NCBI GenBank assembly: GCA_023213395.1
Contig: CM041465.1
Coordinates: 38,199,741 to 38,263,740, forward strand
Direction of reading: 5' to 3'
Source of the DNA: Cycas panzhihuaensis
Taxonomy: Eukaryota; Plantae; Cycadophyta
DNA: 64,000 nucleotides
Below, in pieces: positions 1 through 13,666 of the stretch (the stretch's first letter is position 1; each line of letters begins with the position of its first letter). The position numbers and the translations under genes were made by a program. The notes under the pieces were generated by a model. It was not told where the DNA came from. It saw only the letters and a program-made list of their open reading frames with translations, and made no database searches.

Positions 1-175
1 GAGAATGTTGGCATTTCATATCAGTGTGATTGGTTCTAATTTTAGTGTTATCTACTTGTAAATATTAGTACAATGATATAACCTACATGTAAAAAAAGTT
101 TTGATGCCTGAATGAAGCATATGACATAAATTTTGTCTTGTCAATTCATTTCTTAGTATTGAATAGTGATGAATG

Positions 176-499
176 TGTTAGAAAACATAACTAAAGCAAA
201 TAAGGTCGACAAGATCTTTCACATCAGGCAGATATCAAGCAAGAATAGATCGCATAGGACACCACATTGCTGTGGGAAACCCTTATGGGTGAAAACCCAC
301 AATTGATAATAATTCGCATTATGACAAAATGATGATCTATAAAGTTGGACTTTGATCTATATTTATAGATCTAAAGTGCCAAATATAATTACAAATTATA
401 TCCATTAGGTCACTACACCATAGAATATTCTCCACATAATTAGGCATAAAAATAGGGAGGCCCACTTTACATTAGGTGGTATTAACACATTTTCTAACA
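176..499 (-). repeat. 3' LTR of element 176-4804
   Basis: TGTTAG...CTAACA termini; aligns with 4482-4804; PPT adjacent. Confidence 0.9.
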
Positions 500-3400
500 T
501 CTCCTCTTAATATAGATGTGGGGCAATAAGGTTTATCATTGGGAATAAATCCCCTCTCAAGGATAACCTTACCCAACCTAATATGCACGAACGTCGATGT
601 AGCGATCACCAGTCAAATGTAATGGTGTATGTTTTATATGTGCTCAATTCTTTGGGAATACTCCAATAGACCTGCAACCATAAAACTCTCTCTGCACCTG
701 ACACTTGGTCCATTCAAATCAACCGTATTCCTTTGACTAAACTAAGAGGTTGAGCCACTTGAGCCAAGTGAATCGCCTCTTCAAGTCTTTATTAAAGAAC
801 GCTAATATGATACCCAACTATCTGAAGTTGCTGAAGTAAGGATCAAACATACCAATAAACATAGAGACTGATGTATAATGTCTCATCATACCTTAATCCT
901 TTTTCTACTAGACATCCTGCGCAACAAGCTTACTAACTTGCAAATTGACTAGGTTCTTGCTCCAATACAACTCTCCATTACAATTCAACACTCGCTGGAA
1001 TGTTTGTATCTATCTCAAGCTTTGACTAGAATGTTGATCCATGATCTTCCATCATCCTGCAAGTCTTCAATTGTCAACGAAATATGGGGTTGCAATCCAT
1101 GTCTCATCAGCTAACAACTCCTCATCATCAATTTATCACTAGGTCCTGCTTCTGTCTCAAGCATAATATTAGGCAAACAAACCTCCACGCCTACTCAATA
1201 ATGGCTCAAAAAAGTGAAGTAATGAAGGATAAAACTTGTAACCAAATGACACTCAATATGATACGTCAACAACTTATGAATCAACATCTAGACTAATCAT
1301 AATGCATTTCCCCTGTCAAATCACATTATTTATAAGCTAAACAACTTATAGGCCTTAAACTCTTACAATCCTACTACTGCAATCTTCGTCTAAGATGTGT
1401 GTACCATAATGCACCAAAGGAAATAGATGGAAGGCTTCTGACTTGGTCCAAACATAATATATGAAGGGAAAATATGCCATGAACAATATCGACAAGGGTA
1501 CCCATACTTGTGTACTACAACTTCTGCCAATAAAACATGGGAGGCAAACCACAACATGCACCAAACCTTACCATCTACATCATGATACTTACCTATAATG
1601 CAACCTGACAGGCCAATTATACATACCATAACAAAGGCATAACAAATTTTAAGGCATCTCGTCTTAGACCTTTTCATTCACATGTTAAATTTTATCAAAC
1701 ACTATGTCTTGGTTCCACATTATACTTGTTCATATATGCACCCATGTTGAACCAACATCAAACAAGGCCACAAACCTCATGCTAAGAAGAGTCCAACTAG
1801 CAGAGTATAATGGTCCATTATCAACTAATAACCACTCATATAAGCAAATTCTGAACTTTATCACCTCATACACATTTAATGCAACATAACTCGAATGTAA
1901 TTGAATCAGAACACTCATTTCACAAGACAAACCACACTTATTTCCCTAAATAATCACATAAACACAAACTTTGTGCAATGATCTATGCCACACTCAAATA
2001 GTAATAGAGTTTGCAATAATTTGTAGTTAAGATATCTCATGCTCTTACTCGCCCATCACTTGCCTAATTTCACCCAAACTCGCTCTTAACCTTGTTCAAT
2101 CTCGCCATTCTCTCGTCCTTGAACCCTGCCCATCAAGCTCGCCCTCAAACACACCCAATTAACTAGTCATGTAACTTATATGGAACAAGTTTACCTTCGC
2201 CTCATCTTGCCCAACAAACACGGCTCAACTCACCTACTCTTGCCCATAGAGGAAGCATGCTTAATGCACTATCTTCATCTCAAATTAAGTCACCATAATA
2301 TCACCTCATAACACCCATGTCATCACCATAATACTTCTCTCATACAATTGTATGTAAGAGACTCTTATTTTACCATTATAAGTCATTAAGAGTGCACCAC
2401 AAATCATCAAATAGTCACCTAAAGAGTGACATACCACCTTATTATTACTAAAAGATTACAAAGTTGATATATTTAAACCACTTTTAAAAAAATATATTTT
2501 TATCATATACCAAAAAATATTGTAAAATGATAAAGTATATTAAAAGGAGGTATTAATATACCAAAATAACTTCAATCAAGATAACTTTAATAAAAAAAAG
2601 ACAAAAAAGTGATCAAGTATCAAAATGATTTATAAAATGCAATGATTAAAAAGGTTTATATAAAAACGACGGCTTAATATATTTTTGAAATATATATCAA
2701 AATATATCAAAGACATCGCAGATAAACAATGAATATTCATAATAATATATAAGAACAACGGCTAAAATTATATTCACGAGCGAACTGAATATATGATACG
2801 AGTGGCGCGAATAAGCAGAGATTATATGATCACGGGCAACGGCGAACATAATAAATGTCTACGCGCTATGCATAATATGAAAACATCACGGCTGTTAAAT
2901 TTATCAAAACCAGCGGTCCAATCAACACTATATCAATGAACACAGCTCCAATATTTACTACGTCTATGTAGCTTGCTGGATGTCTTGATATAAACAGGTG
3001 ATTGTGAATATTCATATGCATTTAGGTTGTCATTAATAAACGGTAGCACCATATTAATACGTACGATAATTCGCATCTGTGAGCAAAAATATTCAATGGA
3101 CGGCTGATTATTCAATGGACGAGCAAACTGAATAATCACGCAGCTGCAATTGTTAATAATCCACGGGCACATATGTAATGCACATATTAAACGACGGCTG
3201 TGAATATATCACGACCGATTTTAAGTTGATAAATAACGTAATAATATGAGAATACGACTGTAAATCTGGGTACGCAACAAATGCAGATGGGCGACTTCAT
3301 ACACATAGCCAAAAACATTCAAACTCAAATATAAAATGAAAGGCAAATAATAGATATCAGATGAGGACGGCGAGCAACATGGGTGAACAAATACACATTG

Positions 3401-4481
3401 GGCGACGTCAACATAATTTGTGTATATATACAGCAAGCACAACCGGGCGGCTATACACAAACGAGCGATCTTCGGACAAACAAAATATATTAATATATTG
3501 TTATATTAGAGAAGGACGGCGCAAACAGTTGTGCGAGATGAAATATAAATCTTAAATGTATTCCAAATCTGGGTGATAAAAAATAATTTTAAATATATAT
3601 ACCACCGGCTGCTAAAATTATCAACGTAGACCAATAACAAAGGGTAGAAAACACTTATATAATAATAAAGGTAGAAAACACTCAGGTCAAGCTGTATATA
3701 ATTCAGATGGTGAATAGAGAATATCATCACGCAGAGACAAATAATATTCACACGGATGATAAAAAACAGATAGTTAAATATAGCACTTAGGCAATTAATA
3801 ATCATTACGTGAACACTAATATAAATATGTAGGCTCAAAGGAAGGTAGTTGTATATACATAGTATTAAATATATTAAACTATTAAAAGGGAATATAAATG
3901 TAGTAGAATAATATATTAACTCAGATAATATTGTGTATATTGATAGCCGTAATTTATATAGGTCTCTATACGGTGATTAAATATAATATTCAAACTCTAA
4001 AAATATTAAATAGGTGAATATTTAATGAGCATACTTTTATTATTGATTATAATATTATTTCATGACTCTACAATTGATCTGTTATTGACTATAATATTAT
4101 TTTATGGTTTTACAACTAATTTGTTAGGGTTTTTTGCACTCTCCCATTGGTAAGAGAACACTGATAATCATCTTAGGCATCCAAACTTAGTGGTATCATC
4201 AAACGGGAATCTAGCACCTTTAACAGGCTCAAACGACACTCACATGGCTAACAACAGAGTCAGAACTCATTCACACACCTCCATATAACTTAGAGTACCT
4301 GCAGACAAGAATAGAAGGGTCTTGGGATTTTTCAGCGATCACCTGCATCTCCATGGTTGTTTTGCAGGGTCATTGGACACGCCAATCTGCTAAGAGTAAG
4401 TCAGCATAACCTGGTACCATCAATTGCACCTTCAACAACATTCATCATCTACCTGTGCACAACCTACATACTCTGATACCA

Positions 4482-4804
4482 TATTAGAAATGTAACTAAA
4501 ATAAACAAAATCGACAAGATCTTTCACATCAGACAGATATCAAGCAGGAATAGATCGCACATGATACCACATTGTGGTAGAAAACTTTTACGGGTGAAAA
4601 CCCACAAATGATAATAATTCATATTATGACAAAATGATGATCTACAAAGTTGGACTTTGATATATATTTATAGATCTAAAGTGCTAAATATAATTACAAA
4701 TTACATCCATTAGGTCACTACACCTAAGAATATTCTCCACATAATTAGGCATAAAAGTAGGGAGACTCACTTTACATTAAGTGGTATGGACACATTTTTT
4801 AACA
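4482..4804 (-). repeat. 5' LTR of element 176-4804
   Basis: Aligns with 176-499; iMet PBS adjacent. Confidence 0.9.
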
Positions 4805-5655
4805 AAATGGTTGTATATAATATGGGTATATCACAATTCTTAATCGAATGAGGTTAATCTTCAAGTCTAGCCACTTTTTAGAGATGAACATTAGCCATGG
4901 ATATAAGAAGAGACATAACCATTAAATAGAGTTATTGTCAATTTGGTTAGAGGAGTTGTCATTTCATTTTGGAGCGTTGTCATTTGATTTAAGATAATTC
5001 ATATATATATATATATTAAGGTTTAAAACCTTAATATATTCCATATCCAACTTAAATAAAAAATTTGACATATGATTAATCACACGTGAGGGGGAAAAAA
5101 GGTACATTTGAGGAAATAAAGCAGTCACCCTTTGGAAGATATTCCACTTTAAAATTTTTAAAATTGGAATAAAAACTAGAGGGAAAACCAATGTGAATAC
5201 AACACTTGATTATTTTGGAATAAAATTTAGTATTTCAAATGAAAATTTGGTGACGTTTTGTGATTTTTGTTAACACTTACCATTTAGAGGCCATTACATA
5301 TAGCCAATTGAGTGATTTGCTAATTTAAAATTTATTTTTAAGGGTTTTTTTACTAATCGAATAGTGTTGGATGTAATGTGATTATCCTTGAGCCTACAAT
5401 AAATGTGTATTAAAGCATGTGAGAAAATGAATTAATGTGAAAATTCATTTTAAAAGATTATGATGCATGTAAGGGGCAGTGCTATGCATTTAGAGAGTGT
5501 GAAGCTATATATGGGGTGCAAAGATCATACATATAAAGCATGTGGCTACATATATAGTATGTGAAACTAGTATGAAGTGTGGAAGCCATATGCAAATCAT
5601 AAAACATCATATTTGAAGCATTGGAGCACTATCCTAGAGTGTTTAAGGGGGTGCA

Positions 5656-8600
5656 TATTATGGTATGGCATATAATGAGGGCAATAATTAACAGGATTAA
5701 CTATAAAAATCTTAGCAACTAGTTCTAGAAATTTTGATAGATATTTATTCAATAAAATCTCACACTCAATAATCTTTACTTCTCACTTATACTTCATCAA
5801 TTACAACTGACTTATATTAATTGTACATAATAATTATAAGAATATTAATCCTACCTAAATTAACAGGTGTAAGTTAAGAGTTGTAATCCCTATTGACTCA
5901 TCACTTTCACATAAAATAAATTTAATTAATATAATAAAAAAATTATGAGTGGGGCAAGGGTGTCTATAATTTAAAGTTATGAAACCATAAAATAAACATG
6001 AAAATCTAACATTCCCCCTTAATGTTTATTTCATTTTTTCTAACACCTAAACCATCCATGAGAGTCTGGAATCTATCACGTGTTAAAGGTTCGGTGAAGA
6101 TGTTAACCAATTCTTCTTCTGGAAGCTTGTGCACCATCTCTATTACACCTTTTTAGATCAACTCTTGAATGAAGTGATGGTGTACCTCGATATATTTGGT
6201 GCAAGTATGAAACATAAAATTTTTAACAATTTTTAATGTACTATAATTATCATAGTACAAGATAGTTAGTTCTAATTATTGTAGTCCCATATCCTCTAGA
6301 ATTTGATGTAACCAAATGGCTTTTGTAGTTGTTATAACTATAGCCTTATACTCCACTTCAATAGAGGATAAAATAAAAATTGATTTCTCTTTGTTGTTCC
6401 ATAAGACTGTAGTTGAACCCATACTAAAATAATACCTATAAGTTAACCTTCTACTATCTACACATTCAACCTAATCAAAATTTGTGAATCTTGATATCTT
6501 AAAATTATTGTTATACTTGAATATGAGTCAATCCTTTAAGTATTTAAAGTTTCTCTTTGCAGCTTTCTAGTATCTCTATTTTGGCGATGTGATAAATCTG
6601 AATACTATTCCAACTATATAAGATATATCAAGTTTGGTAGTAATCAAATATATCAGACTTTCCACCAATTGCTTGTACAATATATCATCAACATTTACTC
6701 TACCATCTTTTTCTGTCAATCTAGAACCTATCCCCATGAGGGTAGGTATAACTTTATAATCTTCTATTCTAAATTTTTTTATAATTTCCCATATATACTT
6801 AGCCTACAAGATAAAGACATGTTCATGGCTTTGCCATACTTCTACTCTAAGGAAGTAATGTAAAATTCCTAGGTTAAATATTTTAAAGTAATGATTAAGA
6901 TCTACCTTCAAGCAAGATATTATATCGATATCATTACTTCTGATTAGTAAGTCATTAATAAATAACACCACAAGTATGATTTTATCATTTTTGCCTTGAT
7001 GTATATATTTAAGTCAGCTGGAGATCCTCCAAACATATTCTTCTAAAAGTATTAATAATTTTTTCATACTAAATTCTAGGAGCCTACATCAGGTTATGTA
7101 AGGCCTCCTTTAGTTGGCTTACCAAGTGCTCATGGCCTTTTTTAACAAAGTCAGGTGGCTACTCCATGGAGACTTTTTCATTTAGCTCCTTATTTAGAAA
7201 CACAATTTTCATATCCATCTAGCATAGTTGTCAATTGAATTATGCATCCTTCACCATAATGAGCTAAATGACATTCATCTTTACAATGTGAGTGAATGTC
7301 ACTTGGTAGTTGATTCCTTCTTATTGTTTGAAGCCTTTAGCAACTAGTCATGCTTTATACTTGTCTACAAATCCATCAAATTTGAACTTGATTTTATAGG
7401 CCCACTTGCATTTAATTGCTTACTTTCCAGTAGGTACTTCTACTAGATTGAATGTATAATTTTTCTTGACTATTTGGACTTTAGATTCTATAGTGTCATA
7501 CAACTTCTTTTCTTTCATTACTTCTTCAACTGTGAATGTCTTATATACATTCAATACACTTACTATAAGTGCCATATTTACATATTTAGATGGTTATATT
7601 TTTTATTTTTACTTGCCCTAGGGTTTTGGTAATATTTTCGCAACATCCTCCCTAGTTTTTAATTACCATTTTAGAAGCTTCTTCTTTGATGATGAAGGTG
7701 AATACTTTATATTTAATAACTTCTTTAACTCTAACTTCTTCAACTATATCTTTGGATCAAGATTAACTTCTAGAAATTGCAATGATTCTAATTTTGTTAC
7801 TTTACCAATATCAAAAGATTCATACTCTGGTTGGATAATATCATGTAAAGAATTGCATTCATATATCTATTCAACCTAGTTCTCAACATCAGTTGGACTA
7901 ATATCCTAAGTCTGATCTTCTTGAGAGATCACATCACAAGTTATGTAAACTTTTCAAGTTGATAACTTGTGTACTCTATGGGCTTTGCTTTTCTCAAAAT
8001 ATACAACAAGGATGTATTTTTGTCATATAACTTTCATCGTTTCTCCTTGGAAATGTACATATATGTTATATACCCAAAATTTCTAAGATGACTTATAGTT
8101 AGCTTCTTTTTCTGACCAAGCTTCCTTAGATATCATATTTCTAACAGCCTTGGTAGTGCTTTTGTTAGTTATATATACAATTATATTGATGACTTTTACC
8201 CATAATAAATCAGTTACATACTTACCTCATACCATGGCTTTGGCTTTTTTAATTAGAGTTTTGCTCATTCTCTTAACAAGTCTATTTTATTGAGGTATAT
8301 AGGCAATAATAAACTACCTCTTGGTTCCATGATCCTTGCATAACTATGTAAATTTATTTGAGGTGTATTTACCCCCATTATCAATTCATAGGACCTTAAT
8401 TTTTAATCCATTTTTATTTTCCATCATTTCCTTAAACTATCTAAAATAGATGAAATCTTATGATTTTTCCTTTAGTGGAAAGACCAAGACTTTCTAGAAA
8501 AATTCATTGATAAAGGTAATCAAATATCTCACTCCATCTAGTGAAACAATAAGCATTGGTCCATAAATATCTAAGTAAACCAATCCTAACTTCTCTTTTT

Positions 8601-11600
8601 CTCTCTACTCCTTTTTTTTAAAAAGTGCTCTCTATGTTGTTTTCCAAGCATACATGGTTCACACAAGAAACCTTTACTATTTATTATGGGAATACTGTGT
8701 ATCATTTTAACTTATGCATTAATCAGAGACTGATGTAATTCAGATGACTCGTGTGTTCATGGTACAACTTTTGTATTAGAGACACTAATAGGAATGCTCT
8801 TTGTACATATGATTTTCGTTGTAGTTTGTATACATTAGTTTCCATGAAACCCATTTCTACAACATTATTTAGTTTATCTCAAACCATACATTATCCTTGA
8901 GCAAATGTTATACTCATATCTTATTGTTCAATCTCCCCAATAGAAATAAGGTTGGCCTTTAAATTTGGTCAATATAAAAAAATTGTCTACATATTATAAT
9001 TCTCTATTGGGCATAATTATTAGCACTTTTTCTACTCCATTGACCTCCAAATATGTGTCATCACTAATAGTGACCTTCTAATTTGCTTCTATATTCAAAA
9101 GAATCGTTCAATCCTTCCAATCATGTGGCATGATGCACCAGAGTCAATGAACCAAACATCTTGTGTATTTGAGTCCATTTTGTATGTTACACTAATTAAT
9201 TATTTTAAAATCTTAGTAGATGTATTCTCAGTTGTCTTTAAAACTTGACCACATTACCCAAGTGGTCATTGTTATTACTATTATTGATATTGTTGTAACT
9301 GTCTCTTCCATTGAGGTTGCTTCCACTATTGCTGATGCTGAGATGAATTTTAAGATTATTATGAATGTTGTTACTATTTCCAATAATCCTTTTTAATGTG
9401 TCCTAATTTTCCATAGTGATAACACTTTGGTCTGTATTTCTAAACAATATAATTTGTAGGACTTATGAGTTTTTGTATAACTACATTCATTATAACACCT
9501 CTACTAGCCATTTTTAAACATAAAGTAAAAAACAACTAGAAAGTATGAAGAACAAACACAAAAATAAAGAAAAAAAGGGTTATACAAGTAAGTCTATGTA
9601 TAGGTAGATGATAAGAGTGGTTGTCTACTTCAATCTACTTGTAAGTAACTAGAATACCACTAAAAAAAACTTGATTTTTCACTAAAATTTTATACGAATG
9701 TACAACATGTGGCCACTGCTAAATCAAAGCTCTTAAAAACCTAGTCACCGTGGTTTTTTTTTTCAAAAATAGGCTCATGATAATCCAAAAATAACTCTAG
9801 CACTTAAATAACCATGTAACTGGGGCTACAGGTAGGTGGTTGACTTGTAGACTTCAAATTTCATTATAATTCAATTCAATGTAAACAAACTTTATAAAAA
9901 GTTTAATACTTTTTAATCTAAAGCTAACTTAAAATATTCTAAAAGAATATTCCTCCAATTGAGCGAGGGTAGGAGATTGACCCCTCCATAACATCAATAG
10001 TATATGACGAATGAAGTTATTTTTTGTCAAACTTCCTTTTCTATAGTGTAGTTAGACTAACGATAGTTAATATGACAGGTTATACTGAGCAATTTTGTGG
10101 CATCTAACATTAATGGGCATGTACAAATCAATCATCTTCTTCCTTCATCCATGTTTGGTCCCCTTTGTCTCAATTTGGCTCTGTTAACCTTCTATAATAA
10201 ACCTTTAAGTCTCTAGTAACCTCTATTTGGCTTGTCTTAGTTTTTATTTGGCTATTCTGAATATTATTTACTTGACTTAGGAAAAATCTATAGAACTAGT
10301 CACAAAAATAAAAGGTTTTAAAGGTGCGATCAACGGTCCATGATGTCTTTGATCTATGTATGGCTCTTATCTATATTTACTACAATTTTACTCTCTTGTT
10401 TTGGAATCACTACATGTGTTTTTGATTGATTAGTGTGCATCTTGATTGCATGGGCATGGGCATGATGAATGGTTGCTTACATCTTTTGCTTGGCATCTGC
10501 TATGATGGTGTTTACAGCCTATGGGGGATTTCTTATTTGTTATATGTTTGCCCGATATGCCCTACATATCTTTGTTTTCTCACAGTGGCACCTTTGCATC
10601 TATTGGCATGATAGTAGCTTAATTTTACTCCTTTGGGCGAAGCTTATCAACTCAGTATCCTATGAATCTCTGCACCTACATGTCTTTGCATATAGGCATC
10701 TCTCTACATGACTCTGAGTGCTTGATTATGTGTTCATTCTCTTTGAGATTATGGCCCTCTACATTAGGCAATTGGGCATGTGCTTTCTCTACATCTCTTC
10801 TCCTCATGAACATGCTATGGTTCGATCAACTCTTCTTTGTCTTTGAGCTCTTCGTTGAGTAGCCATTCATCATAGATCATCATTGGATTGTTGTTTGCAT
10901 AGACATTTCATTAATTTACAATTTGTGGGTTGGCGGGTCATTTGAGCACTTCACTATTAAAAAAAAAAAAAAAATTATATAGTTTCAAAATTATATATTA
11001 TATGTTTTTAGAGTATTCTATAAAAAATACTCTTTTTAATAAAGAGCACTTTTACGAAGGTTTTCAAAAAATACATATTAATATTCTTTTTAATCTCTTT
11101 GTAATCTTTTCATATCACAATATTATGCCCAATATATAATCTTAACAATGATTAGCAACAAAGATCCCTTGGACAATAGAAATTTTAGTGGCAAAACAAT
11201 GCTCACTACTTTTTTTACTTAATCACTAGTAGAGATCACAATTTAATATTATTCTTTCACCCAATAAATTTCATCAAAAGAGGAGGATACTATAATAAAG
11301 GTCTTCATAAACTTACTTTGAGCATGCATGTCAATTTCCTTGTCTGCATGTGATATATATTAGAGTGCATGTTACATATATTTGTCTACCTACCTTGACA
11401 AGCTTACATGTAAACCTGCTTGGACATATTTTCTATTGCATGTGTTCATTCAATCTTATGATTAATATTTAGCTACCTGCAATCTAAATTCAATAACATG
11501 CATGTTAGAATTTGTCTTAATAACTAAATAACTTAGCTACAAAACATAATTTGATGTATCTCCAATACAAGAGTCTTCATCAACTAATAGAGCTAATGCA

Positions 11601-12031
11601 TTAATAATAATTACAATTGAAAAATACACTATAAAAATAGCTCTGATACTACGAATGTTGCAGTAAGGCATGCAATAAGGACAATACTTGATAAAATTAA
11701 CTATCAAAACCTTAGAAATTGGTTCTAAGATTTTTGATAAATCTCTATTCAATAAAGTCTCACATTACATCATACTTAATAATCCTTACTTCTGACATAC
11801 ACTTTCTCAATTACAACTGACCTATATCAATTATGCACAATGTATAAGAACATTAATCCTACTTGACAAGTGTGAGGTGAGAGTCATAACCCCCATTGAC
11901 TCATTACTTTCATATAAAATAAGCCTAATTAATATAATTCAAAATTTAAGGGGGCGGGGGAGGGAGGGGGGGGGAGTGGTCGTCCACAGCCTAAAGTTAT
12001 GACCCCACAAAATAAGCATTAAAGTCTAATA
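5656..12031 (-). mobile_element. Old Ty1/Copia LTR retrotransposon, pseudogenised, with an internal gag deletion
   Basis: LTRs ~5656-6011 and ~11656-12031. PPT (ttccccctt on plus) at 6012-6020. PBS-like tagtatcagagc on minus at ~11640-11651. Degenerate TSD gtgca/gtata. Minus-strand domains: gag start fused to zinc knuckle (KCYHYGKLGH, ~9390-9510), PR ~9000-9170, INT ~7930-8650, RT ~6500-7500, RNase H ~6030-6500; many stops. Confidence 0.85.
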
Positions 12032-13666
12032 GTATAGACATTCAAAACATAATAAAAACTCATATCTCAAAGTTATCATGAAGTTATTCATATTTGTTGG
12101 GTAGCCTTTGCTTAATTACAGAAAAAAATGCTAAACTCATCTATAGGTGTAAAGCTTTTTGTAAATGTGTGACATGTAGAGAAGTCACAGAAGTGGATTC
12201 AAGATGCTTTCCAGAATTGGGCATATTAACTATTTGTATGAATGATATGAATGAGACTTAAATGGATGAAGTTTATCATTATAAGCTAACATAATTACCA
12301 TTGATTCTAAATTAGATAACACTAATTCACAACCTAAATATGAAACATAAGTCCCATATTCATGTTAGTTTAGAAACTTAGCAAAAATATCCTTAAGGGG
12401 GGATATATCAGATGCAGACAAGACAAGGACAATTCTAGCCTTCACTTCAGATTTTAAACTGTAGACTAAATTACCACTTTCGCATTAGAGGAGGAGTTTA
12501 GAGTTACAATATAAGTTAACCACTCATAGTTAATACTAAGTGATGATTAATTAATGTTAAGCCAAAGGCAATAAATACTAAGAGTTGCAACTATTAGTTA
12601 ATGCATTATTTAGAGTGTTATAGAAACCCTTACATGGTATTTGTAATATGTGTCAACCATATCAAGGAGGATGTATCAATTAAGAATTGAAAGAAATATA
12701 GTCAACCATTTTTTATGTAAGGTTTTTTTTGCTGAAAAGTATAATTACTATAAGAAGGAACGTTATAAGGAAAATAATTATTGGTTCAAAAGAAGAGACT
12801 AATAGAAAACAAGCCAAGATGATAAAGAAAAGAGTATTGTTATTCACTGTACAAAAGTCTTAATTTGACTTATTGTATTAGTAGAATAGAGAGGCTCATA
12901 GATCCTTAACTTGAGTCAGTAGAAACATATCTCTTTTTATAAGAACAACTTTATAATATGGGAATCAAATTCTAATGATGCCAAAAGTAGTTAGGAATAT
13001 AGTGGAGACGGGAGACTGCGATTGGTGAATTAGGGTTTCAACGACAGGCGACGGTGCACTGTTTCAAGCGTGTTTCAGCTCGAGTGGTGATGGGGGCTCT
13101 CAACAGCCGCCTAGTTATGCAAAGGTTGTGAGGCATCACAGCTCACAGTTCTGGAGAGGGATGAAGATGCGCCCCATTTCATTGATAGGGTTCTTTGGTA
13201 CTTGCAAATGTGAGCGACTCCATGGTGACGGAGAGGAGACGAGTCGTTCTCGACTATCACATCTAGGGCTTTTGGTCTCAGCTCAGGTGGCGGCGCCAGG
13301 CAATATACAATGGACCCAGACGCAATGGCATCCCTCTCTCTTTGAAGGCATGGATGCCCGACTAGGGCCTTTTGATTCTCTTGGGGCGAGCTGTCCCCAC
13401 AACCAAGATGCGACGAGGGATAGACAGGTTAAGGAAAGATGTGCCAACTCCCAGATTAGTGTAGATAGGAGAAGCATTGCAGTGTCTGGAGCTGGAAGAT
13501 TCTAGTTAAACGGTTCCCTTCCAGATCATACGAAGAAAGAAGAGGTGGAAAACAATCCAGTGAGAAGGACAGAGGCTACAACGGTTACTATTGGATCTAG
13601 GGCTATGGTAAGTCCCTGTCGCCCTTGCATGGGATTTATTTCATTGCATTATACAATATTCTAAAT

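Larger units (their letters stand above)
176..4804 (-). mobile_element. Non-autonomous, heavily decayed Ty1/Copia-derived LTR element (4.6 kb)
   Basis: LTRs at 176-499 and 4482-4804, visibly diverged (about 85-90% identical by eye). PBS tggtatcagag on minus at 4471-4481, PPT aagaggaga on minus at 500-508, TSD gaatg/aaatg. Minus-strand remnants of INT (~1270-1800, KAYKLF) and RT (~750-960, KLVAQ..GLRYDETL, AFFNKDL). Confidence 0.85.

Noticed and set aside
9900-11600. Possible extra insertion in the Copia leader (ORFs 10426-10862)
   Set aside because: Low-complexity hydrophobic ORFs with no boundaries or domains; left as unassigned leader.
13128-13505. 125-aa ORF as a host gene
   Set aside because: Lies inside the TSD-defined L1 leader and has no recognisable domain.
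13605-13660. ATG|GTAAGT in the L1 leader as a second intron
   Set aside because: Good donor but no convincing AG acceptor, and the frame runs straight through to the ORF1 SYCDVL motif.
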